Assembly: GCA_043228905.1 (NCBI GenBank)
Contig: JBHGNT010000007.1
Span: 16,554,001 to 16,618,000 of the forward strand
DNA from: Azolla caroliniana
Lineage: Eukaryota; Plantae; Polypodiophyta
Direction: 5' to 3'
Length of the DNA: 64,000 bases
Positions 43,237 to 56,959 of this stretch are shown one piece after another. A program made the translations under genes and the position numbers. The notes under the pieces are model-generated. The model did not search any database, was not told the DNA's origin, and worked only from the letters and a program-made list of their open reading frames with translations. Every line of letters starts with the position of its first letter. The stretch's first letter is position 1.

Positions 43237-46200
43237 TTGGTGTTTGCAAGGGAAGATCTCACAAACTAGGTATATGTCAATATGAATGTGCAAGGAACAT
43301 AGTTGTGGACAAAGGGGAATTGAATGCAAATAAAGCTAAGGAAATTTTCGTGAGTTTGGGACTTAAACTTTCCCTTATAGCTACATTTAACGTAGAGGTG
43401 AATTGAAAGATAGACTGAGGACACAACCCCATAGTCAAGACGATTGTTAGATCCTATGTAGAAAAAGTTGGAGATTGACCTCAACTATTATCTTACGCCT
43501 CCAGGGCAGATAGAACCACCCATAGCTTTGTGATGGCTTTTATGCTAGCCCAACTCGTGTATGATCAAAGGCATGTAATTCCAATTAAAGAGTCAATCAC
43601 ATTGCGGGCGACAATGGCATGGGATAGTGAGAAGAGTAGAGAAGATCTCTTGGCGATACGAATAAGACAACTTGAAAGATGACTACAGGACTTAAGTTCG
43701 CATTGGACAAACTAAAGGAAGCTAAAATCCAAAACAAAGGAAGAATTGACCATGTACATCGTCTACCACTAGATCCAAAACAAAGGAAGAATCCAAAACA
43801 AAATGGGGTGTTAGTGATGCACCCTTTTTTCTAAATTGCATCACTAGATGCATTGCGCAATGCCACATGCAAATGTTTTGTGATGCTTCCACATTGGAAC
43901 ACGTTGCTAAATGATGTGCATTAGAAAGGATCGCACAAATTACAATGACGCTTTTTTACATGTCACACCATGACCCACATAGAAAGGTAGGTTTGTGGAA
44001 TGCGTTTTTTATATATTTTAAACAAATATAAGAAAAGGGGGATTTGAATCCCCCCTTTTCATAACATGACTTATGGAGTTCTTCTCCCACCATCGACCAT
44101 ATTCAAGAGTGCGGTGCCACGCTCCTCTTCTCTCCCATCTAGATACATTTAGGGTTACTATTAGGGTTAATTAAACATACACACAAGCATGCATAGAAAT
44201 GAACATGAATAGAAGTGAACTTACATGCACACACCTTTTTCCCATATACATACATACATAAATAGTTAGGGATAATATTACGATTAATTAACCATACATT
44301 CATACATAGTTAGATTTAGGGTTAGTAGACACATTTTTCCCATACACATACATAAACAGTTAGGGTTAGTATTAGGGTTCAGGGATAACTAACCATATAT
44401 ACAAACACAATTAAATAGGTTTAGTATTCATGTTTATTAAAAATAAACATGTACATATACAAACTAATTACCGTTAAAAGAAATTAACATCACACACACA
44501 CACAAGTTAACAATACACAATATTCATACACATATACCTAAACATGTATCCTATGTTTTAGGTAAATATGGATTCTATGTTTTGTGGATTTACCATCAAA
44601 CCTCCCAACACTATTATCCTTTGCACAAAACTTCATGAAGATGTTGGGGTATACATTAGACATCATTCAAACACACATGGACCTCTTACGAATGGTAGAG
44701 TATAGGAGCACCTTCGGAAATGAGCCAGTAGTTACAACTGAGCGTTTCTCGGATGCCATTGCCGACACCAACGAGGATGGAGGATTGACAATCACTAGAA
44801 TCATCATTGTCAACAAAAACTCCTGTAGACATGGTCACGGGTACCTCCTGGAACATTGGCACTTTTGAACACGCCACTTAGCAAGGCCTCGATCCCATGT
44901 TTGCAAACTGGAGGCATGTGCATTGTTTATTGCATTCTTTCTTTACATGAGTGTTTACTTTTTGTGTCCTCCATGTAATAGGGGTCAATGTCCCAATGGC
45001 ACAAGACTGACGCCAAAAGTCTAGGGTGGTGAAAGGTTTGTATTTTGAGGTAAAGTTTCGTGTCATTTCAATGGTCGATAATTTCCCTTGTTTTTGTTGG
45101 TTAGGACATTCGAAAACAATGTTATTCCTGAATTTTCTAGATTATTCTGGAAAGTTCTAGAACCTTGGTGAAATAATAAATACAATAAGGTCATGAGTTC
45201 TAGAACCTTGGTGAAAGTTCTAGATTATCCTATTTGTAGCCATATCATGGTAGCTACCTCTCAAGTCAAGCCACTCTTTAGCACACAAAAACCTGCCAAC
45301 ACCAAACTCAAGCCACTCATGAGTACATAATGGTTAGTCACTAGAGTACGCAAATCACACGATCATCAAAGGTGTTGCATAAAAGTGCGTGTGACCCTCA
45401 AGTGGAACCACATGGAACTTGAACCACATAAAATGTGATGATGATGGAGAAGTTGCTTGAGATTATATCTCTTGTCCTATTGTGTATTCCCTTTGTGTGT
45501 TTCCGTGTGTGCGTTAATCCTTCACATTTTCGTATTTGATTTCATGTGCTTGCATTCCTCGAGTGTCCGTAGACTCCGTAGACTTTCTTTGTTGATGTTT
45601 GTGTGTTCCTAGGTTATCATATGTTCGCGGCCTTCTGTAGGAACATGAGCTTTCTACATGTATTAACATTCATGGGCTCTTGTACTTCGAATATTCTACG
45701 CCCTTTCGTGGGCTCCATTTGTGTGTTGGGTTATTTTGTGGGCCCTCTTCACATGCTCCATTTGTGGGTTGGGCACCTTTGGGATCTTTTTGTCTGTTGG
45801 ACCCTTTTGCAGGTGCTCTATGCACGCTTTTGCTTTGTGTGGTGACCCCTTTCGTGGGCTCATTTTTCCCGTTGGTTTCCTTCGTGGGTCCTCTTTGCAC
45901 AATGCAAAACATCGCTCATGTGCGTTTTTGAAATTTCACACTTTTTGAATTGCATGCTTATGAAAGATGCCCGCATGTAACTTGTGTTCTCTAGAACTAT
46001 GATCACACATTATTCGCATGTTCATGCCTATTTTAGCACTTAATTGTATGATTTGGATGTTAAGCCTTGTGGATTGGGGAGAAGCAATGTCCTCTTGTTA
46101 ATGGGACACTAGAATTCCTGAAATAGATGTCATGGGCGCAACTCTTTTTCTGGTGACAAGAACTTTAATTTTAGTTCACCACAAAATCTTGTGATGTTTG

Positions 46201-48536
46201 GATTTTTTCTATACGAGTCCAAAGCTCTACTCGCATTGTACCGGGACAATTCAATCATTGTACTACGAATCAAGAGCCCAAAGTTCTGTAGAGATCCGTG
46301 TTTGCTTGCGATCCGATGACCTTACTTTCAATTACTAACAGACAAATGTTTAGATACAAGAAGATGGGGTATACCCTTGATAGATCACATTAATCCAAGT
46401 GAAGAAAAGATTTAGATACAAATCTCTTTTAACAATAATGATAACCTCTTACATGGAGATGTGAAGGGATGAGAAGAAGATTGAGACAAGATTTTGAGTT
46501 TTTGCTCACCTCTTGATGTCATAGCCCACCAATGCACCCTCTTCATCTTTGTCCCCTCTTGTTTCCATATCTCCGGAAAGGCGATGTGTCCTTCTCAAAA
46601 CCTCTGATCTTAATAATGAGCCCTCTTTTACACCTTATACCACTTTGGATAAAAGTAGTCCTAGCTTCTTTTAGAGTGCACCAAAAAATTTTCTTTAGCA
46701 TTCACCCATCCTTATTCTAGAAAGGTGTTTGGTACTATGAAAATGATCATTGCCATCTCCATATTCCTTCCATTCACATCATAGCTCAGATTCTCCCTTC
46801 ATCACTCCTAGTTGCATTAAAAACCCTTGATCTTATCCCCCAAGTGGACTTCGTTAGGTGAATTATTTTTGTATCTTCCCTTGTTTTTCCAAGTACATCT
46901 TTGATCAAACCATTAATCTATAGTAAATTGAAGCGTTGAAGCGTGTGGAAATAGAAGCTATCAAAGGGTCATAATTCATTGATGGCTAGATCAAAGGAAT
47001 TTGTTGATGACGCATAAGGTGGGTAAGGGGGTGATTAAAATAGAAGGATTTGAGGAGGAGTTTGAATAGGAGTGGTTGGCCTGTCATAATGTGAGTTATG
47101 TGAAAGGACAAAACCATTGGAATATCAAGTTTATAGTAGGTTAAAGTTTTGGATGAAGAAGTAACTAGAAGGAGATGGGGGACTATGACCTAGCTAAACC
47201 AACAACTAAAGATAGCTCAAATGGCAAGACCTAATCACTTGAAAAAAAATAAGGTGAAGGGTTTATGTTATTCCCCATCTCTTTTTTTGTGAACAAAGCG
47301 GACAACATTTCGGTCCACCTTCGGGGCCCTAGCCAATAGATTGCCTTTGTGGTGTTGAATCCACATTTGCCCATGCGCATCTCTAGGGCAATAATAAGAA
47401 TTAGTTGATCTACAGTACACAAGATATAAAAGCTATAAAATGAGGAAAGAGAGGTCATTGTCCGAGGATGTTCATTTTGGGATTGAAGCTTGAGCCTTCA
47501 TCGACATATGGAATACCATGGAGGTGTGTGTAGGAGACGTACAACAACAATAGATGATGTGGTCATCAATTGTGGACTCACTACATTGCAACTCTAAGAT
47601 CTCCTTGGACACTCTTTTAGTTTTACATTTTCCATCTTCTTAATTTCTCATCATACCCTATGTAATCAGGTTGATCATTGTAGAATCCTCTTGTCATTGC
47701 TTTGATTTTACTTTTTTTTAAGGATTTATAGTTTGTTGGGAAAATCTTCCACCTTCATATATTTTATTAGAATTTTTCCACTTGGTGAAGGCATTTCAAT
47801 TGTGTCCTTATTATTTGAGCTTCTTGAAGGATTACCATGAATCATTTGGCTCAAAAAACCTGAGTATAGCACAAGAATGTAGACACATGCTTTTGAGTAA
47901 TCTGCATACCATAACCTAGTTTGCATGCTTAAGAGTTTTAGGGTGGAATTTTTGGTTTGGATATTCGAGCACCCAAGGGAATTTTACAATAGAAATGATG
48001 CACAATGCCAAACATGGCATTGAGCCTAGGCTAGTTCCCGCCCTCACTCCCTCCCCGTTAAAATAGATGTCTTTTTACATGCATCCTCCTTTACATATGC
48101 ATGGTCCAACACAAACATCAATCAAAGGTTATTATCTCATTCTTTAAGGGGCATGCCTATTTCTTAACTCATGAAACGATAGTTGTGGCACAAACAGAAG
48201 AATTAAGACCTCCAAATTTATAGATTAGCTTGTGAAAACTCTATTGGAAGTTAAAAAACCATATTAAGACAATCAAATGATATGTAGTTATGAAGATTGC
48301 CAAATTTCACTAATATGAGAGGAGATTGTAAATTGACAAACAAGAGATTCATATTAATGGAGTATTAAAGTAGTACATATCGAGAAAACGCACAAATTTG
48401 ATTACATGGATCTAAATTTATTGTTTGTTCCATAAAAGTTCCAAATAAAAGTAATATGTTTAATTTATTTTTTTCTCATCTTTCCATGACATCACCATAT
48501 TTCTCCATTGGGACTTATACATTGTGGATGAGCTTC

Positions 48537-50759
48537 TCAACGATGACGCAATATGGGAATAATCATTAAAGGCTCCTTACGTGCAACCGCAGTGACACAT
48601 TTCTCAGACATATCAATGTCCTTTCCATTTGGCAACTTCCAATCAAATTTGTACAGTATGTTGCTTAATAATAGCTCGATAACACTTGATGCCAAGTGAT
48701 AGCCTGGGCAACCCCGTCTCCCAACTCCAAAAGGTAGGAATTCAAAGTTTTTTACATGCACATCTATAGGATTGTTTTTGTTCAAGAATCTTTCAGGTTT
48801 GAATTCATGGGAATTACCCCATATATTGGGGTCTCGAGTTATGGCCCAAACGTTGACAAACAAGCACGTGTCCTTTGGTATATTATAGCCTCCAACTTGG
48901 CAGGCTCGTGTGGATTTATGAGGAATAAGTGTGGGTAATGGTATGTGTAAACGTAATGTTTCATTCACCACGGCTCTAAGGTATGGTAACTCGTCAAGAT
49001 GTGATTGGTTTACCATATCTTGAGAATCTAGTTTACTTGATACATTATTAAGGTGATCTAACTCTTGTTGTAACTTGTGCAAGCAAATTGGATGTCTTAA
49101 AAGTTCAGCCATTGCCCAATCAATTGTCGCCGCTGTGGAGTCAATTGTAAGAGTAACACCTTCCTGGGAAAATAATTTTAAGAACATGAAGATCAAGTTC
49201 ATTCCATGCCTACACTTGTAGGTTGTGAGGGTTTAAATGAGAGAGAGATAAATTATTTCAATATCATGCACAATGCAAGGAAATGTATCACCTTCTTGAT
49301 TAATAGAAGAAATCAAGTAGACAATGAAATGTAAAATCTTAAATCAAATGTTTTTTAATCACCAAATTGAGTAAAGAAGCTTACGAACAAAATGTTTTTG
49401 AGTTCTTCCCGTGTCATGCAATTGGTTGCCATCATAGTGTCCAGAAAGTCCTTTTGTGTTCTTGGTAGACAATTCCTTTGCTTTTGTTGTTCACGTTCAA
49501 CTAACAATTCTTCAAGCATTATGTCAAACGATTCATGCATTTTGTCCATCAAGTGTATGGCCTTCCTGTCAAGAAATCCCAAGGAAGGGATCCAAGTAGA
49601 AACTATACGTTGGGAAATGATACTAGAGGTAGCAAATATGAGGTCGTGCAAACTCTTTCCTCCAAGTTGATGACTAACTAGCTCAGAAGCACGTTTGCTT
49701 ATAATAAGACGACATAAGATGTTCTCGATTGTGGTCATGACAACATTTGTCCATCTTCCATGCCCTTCGACCTCAAAAGGTTTGAGATACTTTTCCATTG
49801 CATTTTACAACACTCTTAGTAAAACATTGAGATTCCAACACTTCATCAAGTAGTTTCAACAATACATTGTTTGTGTGTGTGATAGAGGGTGTAATAACAT
49901 CTCTTTGATATTATACATGCCCTTAAAACCTTGTTTTTCCATGAAAAAGGTTATTTTTACCTACAAGGAAAATTAAATGAGTTTATATCATTTCATTGTT
50001 CTCGTAGATAACATATGATTTCTCATGAATAAGTGTTAAATCTCAATGCATTTATTTTTCAAAAAAAAGTGTTAAATCTCAATTGATATAAGAATAAATT
50101 AAATTTTAGTGTGTTTTAATTACATTTGATGTGCAACCTATTATCCTAGGTTCACAAATAAGATAAGAATGTAAACAAATAATATATCTACATACATGAT
50201 GCACCTTAATTAAGGTTTGGCACAATCTAATTATCTTGTGTGTGCATGTGTTATTGTCCAAGGTTCACCGTTTTGGTTCCATCATCCAAGAAGAAGTCCA
50301 AATTTGCATTGAAACTCTTACTAAGCATGCTCACTCTGGCTCTCCAATCAACCTCCATTTGTCGCCATATTGATTAAAACCCACAGATAACTCTTGGCCA
50401 TAAAACAAGTGGCGAGAGATCTCGAGGGATGGCCGGCTTGCAAATGTTTCATCGTGAACACGGAGACACTCAATGGCCATTTGTGGGCTAGCAATGACGA
50501 TAGAGTGAATGGTACCGAGACGAAGGTAGAGAATGGGGCCATATTTGGATGAGAGTCTAGTGAGGGTGTGGTGGAAAAATTCATTGGGATGGATAGCTAG
50601 TTCAAGAAGGTTTCCTAAGAAGGGTAGGGGAAGGGGTCCTGGGGGTAGAACATCTCTCAAGTTCCACATCAAGCGAGTGGTTTTGCCATACACATATAGC
50701 CATCCAAGCATAGCAACCAATGAGGCAACCATCATGTACATGAAAGACAATCCAAACAT
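48537..50759 (-). pseudogene. Paralogous clan-71 cytochrome P450 disrupted by an internal inversion (~49751-50355)
   Basis: The minus strand carries exon 1 up to KWR (50759-50352), the rest of exon 2 (49750-49385) and exon 3 (49163-48537). The missing middle (IFHALRPQK|GT-intron-AG|VHRFGSIIQEEV...SPINL) is on the plus strand. Confidence 0.9.
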
Positions 50760-50909
50760 CTTCTCCTCCCCTTTCACTCACAATCTCCTTTCTCTTTCGT
50801 TGTCTCGGTCTCTTCTTTTATTACACATCCAATTGTTTTGAACCTCATAATAAGATTTGAAAACGTATCGTAATGTGACTCTCCATAACTTGACACACAC
50901 GCGCGCGCA

Positions 50910-50946
<37 letters not shown>

Positions 50947-51406
50947 GAGTATCAAACTATTATTGTTATTTAATGGTTGTTTGCTTTTCTTTTTTCTTTT
51001 GTCAAACTTCATGCCCCACATTGGACTAGGGCATGGTTGATAATGCATGTCTTTGAAAGAAGGGAAAAATATGAGATGACATTCGAACAATGATTGTTAG
51101 CTTTTATTAAACATAATAGAAAGAGGGAAAAATAAGATTAAATAAACGATGGAATCCATGACATGGGACATTACTCATATATGGAAATAGGTTGAGCCAG
51201 TCCTTGGTAGGGAATCTAGGCACCTAGATGAGGTTATTTCTTTCAGTCATGTGGACGACCGTCGACAACAATTGGGTTGGACTAAAATCTAGAACAAAGG
51301 GAGAACGAACCTCTGTGTATGTGTTCCGCTTCTTTAATAAATATACTTGAAAAACTAAATAATGTTGTGCTTGAAATATATGATATAATGAGACATATAT
51401 CATCCT

Positions 51407-51700
51407 TCTACGCTTTAGATGATATACAATCAATACCTCTTAGGTTAACCTTCAATTATCAAAAAGTTATCCTTTAAAACAATAATGGAGTTAGAAGTAA
51501 GAGTGGCAAATTTTACAAGAAAATTTCAATTAGAAAACATTTTAGGTCTACGCTTTAGATCATAGCAATCAATACCTCTTAGGTTGACCTTCAATCATCG
51601 AAAAGTTTTCCTTTAAAACAATAATGGAGTTAGAACTTAGAACTTTAGAAGTGAGAATAGTCAACTTTGCAAGAAAATTTTAATTAGGGTACATTTTCTC
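51407..51700. repeat. ~140 bp tandem duplication upstream of P450 copy 2
   Basis: tctacgctttagat...caatcaatacctcttaggtt...cctttaaaacaataatggagttagaa occurs at 51407 and 51547. Confidence 0.85.
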
Positions 51701-53403
51701 AGGTGCAACATTGAAAATTTTCCAAAATGTCTTATCAAATGAAATCTAGTAACATAATTTGTAATGTGATGATACATGATTGTAAGATTTACACTAAAAG
51801 AAAAATGAAGATATTATTAAAAGTAGAACAAAGACATCACATTTAGGTAGAGCTCCATGAGGCAATGGTGCAAAGTAAGTTACTAATTACTTGTAATTGT
51901 TATGAATCTTATTTTGACTATGTTTCAAAATATGAAAAGATATGAGATTTTGTTGTGGTAGCGTACCTTTAAGAGATCCCTACATTGCTCAAGCTTTGGT
52001 GGATGGCATTTCATGTTTTTGGGTGTTTGGTTTGAGGATAAATATTCCCAAATACATTCCCATATCTGTATGGAGAGTAATGATTATGAGCTAGATTGGA
52101 TAGGGGGTGATGGTTCCTCTAGCATATATTTTGTGTAATTTGGATGTGTGTAAGAGATATGTAGTGGATAATGTTATGAAAATTTGAGCTTGTAAATGTG
52201 TGCACTTGGGTATAGGCATATCTAAGTGAACTAGTATATGAAGGGGTGTGTGTGTGTATTATGTATTTTAATAGTTGTATATGCGCAAATATGTGAATAA
52301 TGAATCATATTATATATGTGTTTATGTATGTATCAATGCTCAGGGAAATTATATGTGTTCGGGTAGATATAAATTTAATAATGTATAACTATATGTAAGT
52401 TTGAGTATCAATGATTGTGTATAAATATTAATGTGAAGATGTCTATATGTATATAGTGTTTGTTCTTATTGGTAAATTAAAGGGGTATTTGGGGAAGGTA
52501 AAAATTCCCTTTTTTTTTATTCTTGTGGCTAGGATTCTTTTCTTATTTTTATAGCTAAACTAATGTGAAGGAGTAACAAAAGAAAACTAGTACAAAGGAA
52601 TGATGTGGAAGTAGATGATGATATAGCGGTTGAGGTCAAGGAAGCAAGTCAACAATAATAGTTGGGTGACGAGGATGGTGATGGTTTTCGGTAGATAATA
52701 GTATCTAGCAATGATGGATGACAATCAGTGAGGCATGGTGACAACAACAACGAAGAGCAATGGCGGCAGCAACACACCAACATGAGCAAACGATGTGAGG
52801 TGATGATAGGTGGCAAGGTCGAGCTTGGAATCCAGCCTTCAACCCATGATTTTGGATAATCAAGGATTGATGTTTGGGGAATTCCCAAACCTAGCCTCCC
52901 TCATTGGGGGGTAGAGGGGAATATCGTAAATTGTGATTCTGTCTTTTGTCAAACACTATCTGGTGCACAAGACTTCGGCTTCGGTCAACATAGTGGATTC
53001 AACTCTAGTTGTTTGAAGAATTCTTTGTACACTCATAATATTTCACTAGATAGTTGGAATCATGCTCCGAAAATTCCAATCACAACCCTCATAGTGAACT
53101 CGATTTGATGGTGCAAAGATTTTTTTGGTTTTGTATTCAAGAATACCTGATTTGAGGAATTTGCTCCAAATTCACATAAGTTTGTGCTTCGAGCTTCGAT
53201 TTTTGGGCTAAAACTTCTAATGCAATCCTCGTTCAACAAAGGATAATACTAGAAAGTAGATAAAAGAAATTAACTTTATATGGGTATTAAAAAGGAAGAA
53301 TACATCAAAGGTTGAAAGGTTGATTTCGATACAAACGAGATAACTCTCAACTTTATTACATGGAGTGACTTGAAAGGTGGTAGGTAAAGATAAGAGTTAT
53401 GAG

Positions 53404-53933
53404 TAGGAATGGGCTTGGTTTGGTTTGGTTTGTTTGCCTTGAAACCGAACTGAACCAAACCAAACCATTTATATAAAACAAAAACCAAACCATTTATGAA
53501 CTCTTAGCGATTCAAACTTTTAAAAGATAAACCAAACCATTTAGGGAAAAGTTGAAACCAAATTAAACCATTTAATAAAAAATTTAAACCTAACCATTTA
53601 GGTCAAACTAATTAAATATCTAAATAAACAAAAATACATTAAATTAAATAAGCATTAAAGTTAAATTTATTAAATCTATAAAAAATCATTAACTAAACCA
53701 TTAATTTAATAAATTATTACGCAAAAAAAAAGGTAACAAAAGAAACTTTAAACCAAACCATTTAAACCTATAAACCCATAAATGTGAGTTATAGAACCAA
53801 ATCGTACTTAAACCAAACCGTTTATTAATAATCCAAACCAAACCAAACCATTAAAATTTTTTGGAACCAATAAAAAGTTAAACTATGGCTTAATGGTTTG
53901 GTTATGTTTGTGCAGAAACCAAGCCCATATCTA
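53404..53933. mobile_element. hAT-type MITE (AAACC-rich)
   Basis: TIRs TAGGAATGGGCTTGGTTT / AAACCAAGCCCATATCTA, with imperfectly duplicated 8-bp flanks GTTATGAG / GTTATGGA. Confidence 0.7.
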
Positions 53934-56196
53934 GTTATGGAGCTTAAGGAGGAGATCCTGGACTTTCCGTTCAGTGAACCAATCGTGATGGCGTTGTCGC
54001 CTTTTGTTTTCAATGGCCTTGAATGCCCTCTTGATTTGCAATCTCGAGCTCATGTAAAAAATTCGACAACATCTTGCCTCATACAAAGTTGACCCCTTGC
54101 ATTGAGCTCTCCTCTCCCTTTTATAGGCCTCTAGAGCTCCACAAACAAATAAAAATAGTATTTTTTTAGCATGCACCTCACTCTTTCCTCCCCTACATAA
54201 GCAAAATGCCAATCACCATATCCATCCATTGGCAAATTACTGTTATTTATCCTATTAACATCCATTTGACCTCTCGTAGTTTAGACAAGACTCGAACCCT
54301 TGACTTTTCACTCTTAATGAAAGATCTTATTTGGCAATTGGGTATAATTCATCTTTGAAAAGAAAAATCATGTTTTTTTTCCTTGATGGAGCATGCAATT
54401 GTTTCCAAAAAACCTTGTCGAGTATAATATATATACATAAGCCAACATTGGGGGAAAGTCCAATCCCTCCCCTCTATATCCTCTTTGAAAATAACACAAA
54501 GTCGTTTGCACGTGCATTGATGCTTTGTCTAGAAAGGTTTATCGAATTCGATCGATTCATGCAATTTTTTGCATGATACAATTTTGTCTAACCTTGATAA
54601 GCATGGGGGGAACAATACCAGGAAGAAAAGGATGAGTATCAAATAAATGATCCTAAACGAAAAAATATATATTGTTTGCGACTCTTTTGTTGTCTATTAA
54701 ACCTTTGCCCTATCCCTCAACTTTTCATATATCTTTAGTCTAACTCATTTTTCATGTGTCAAGAAGAAATGCACCCACATCACAACATGACATGTTTTTC
54801 GCTCCAAAATCATTCATTACCATGATTGCAAGAAGAAATGCACCCTAATCCAATCTATTCATGTTTAGACTATTCATGTTTATATCTATGTCCTCACCCC
54901 CTTTTCCCCAATGGTTGGAGTTGAGAGTAAAAAGCAAGTTGGGGTGGATCATCCGAACATGACACAATGTATGGAACTTGGTTGACAACCGGATTAACAC
55001 CGAAATTAGACTTCAATATAGGCTAGTAGTCTTCCACTCACACACAAGTTTATCGTGACCTACTCATAAGATACATGAGCTTAGAGCATGCCTACTAAAA
55101 TATTCTTGAAGAACTCAAGGTTGTATAGAGAATAATTGAAGTATAGACCTCCCAACAAGGAAATCGTGGGATCTAAGGCCACGGCCATGGGACTCCTCAT
55201 AGCATAATGTGAGTTTGCATTAGATGCACTCCACAAGAGATCAACGTCATGAGATATGCGCTAGAAAGACAATAAAGGTACAATCCATTTATAAAAATAG
55301 TAGATTCACACGCCACATGGGGTTTTGCATTGCATTTGTGGACAACCATAATAACCTAGCGTACCTTATATGATGAAACAACTAAGGTGAGATAACAAAA
55401 AATTATAGATTAAGTGGGGGATCTTCAAGTTTTTGGTGACTAGAATTCTCAATCGATGGCCACCTTGCCTTTTCTCAATATAGCATCTCACTCCTCTCAA
55501 TGTTTTGTCCTCCCCAAATGTTTTCTTCTCCCCCTCTAAAACTCTCATCCCAAAATAAATACCTAAACCTAAGTTTCCCTACACTAAAACTCTCAAAACC
55601 ATAGTAATTACCTCAAAAAACCTAGAAAGTGAAGAAGAAGAAGAAGAAGAAGAATGCACCAAGAAAAGCCTAAAATTCTCTAAGAATGAGCCTCATCAAA
55701 ACCCTAAAAATCTTCCAAGAAATAGTTGGAGATGAAGATGTCAAAAATAAAGATGAAGATCAAGAATAAAACCTAGAAACTTTCTCTCTCTTTCTCCAAC
55801 ACCATTTTTATAATACAAAGGAAAAGGGAAACTTCATATTTTTTCTCCTCCTACCCCCCACAAGGGGTCAAATCTTTCATTGCTTTTACCTAATTAGATT
55901 TTTGTTGTCACAAACTTATGTGCGTATGTGTGCTACTTGAGCGGGACCACCAGGTACTTGAATAGAGAGGATTGATGACTCAAATGCTCATCAATGTCGA
56001 ATGATCATTAGAGTCGAAAGATTGCCAGACTCGAAGGCACTATAGAGTCGAAAGGTCGTCGAAGTTAAAGACTCTAAAGAGTTAAAGGTAGGGCAAAGTC
56101 CAAGGTAGGCCATAGTTGAAGGTGGACTAGAGTTGAAGGCAGGCACACGCCATGGCTTTTTTTTTCCTAAATAATAATAATGATAAAGTCGCAACA

Positions 56197-56630
56197 TGTC
56201 ATGGACACACCAACGCTAGACTACGACAAAGCACAAATGACAAGGCTACGACCGATAAGGTTATGAATGTGGAACTCGACGTGATGAGGCTAGAAACTCG
56301 GGAAGTTGGGCGCGATGAGATGAGGAACGTAAGATGCTAGGAACCAATACAAGAGCATAAAGACAAAGATGTAAATCAACGAGAGAAGATGGGGCTAAAC
56401 AAGAATACTAGATTGATGTGTCAATGACTGGTGTTGAATCCCTTGAAAAGGACCAAGGAGGTTACAAGTATTTATACTGTGAGTCGAAGTACATTGCATT
56501 AGAATATTTTGGAGAATATTGTAGAACCCTCTAGAACCTTCTAGTTCTAGAACTTTCTAAAAACTCCAAGAACTTGAAATAGATAATCTACTAATAATCT
56601 ACTAAGATATACATAATATGATCATATATT
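56197..56630 (-). mobile_element. Gypsy LTR distal part, probably the 3' LTR of the chromovirus at 58945-59600
   Basis: Ends ...CCATGACA on the minus strand, complementary to the TGTCATGA start at 58952. It has a TATA box and agaaccttctag repeats. A similar LTR piece lies at ~45061-45240. Confidence 0.45.
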
Positions 56631-56959
56631 TGGATTTGTTGGTTAGAACACAACACTTGACTATAAATGTCAAGAGGTCAAGAGTTCAAATCTTGACACA
56701 ACTGTTGTCATGTCTATGACACAACATGTCTTTCTCTTTACACCTTCAATGTACCAATTGACCTTTTTTATAATCCTAGTTTAACTAAATTCTTCCTATG
56801 CACACCCCACATCACAACATCATGACATTTTGAATTCCACATGTTTATTGTTTTCACCCTTTTACACCAATCCCACTTTCACAACAAATGTCATTTGTTT
56901 CACAAGATAAACACACAATTACACTGGCTAGCACATAATCGAGACTTGTCTATTGGAAG

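Noticed and set aside
44145-44390. Clustered TTAGGG motifs as an interstitial telomere
   Set aside because: The motifs are dispersed rather than tandem and lie within a probable DNA-transposon remnant. The adjacent ORF 44584-44868 could not be assigned.
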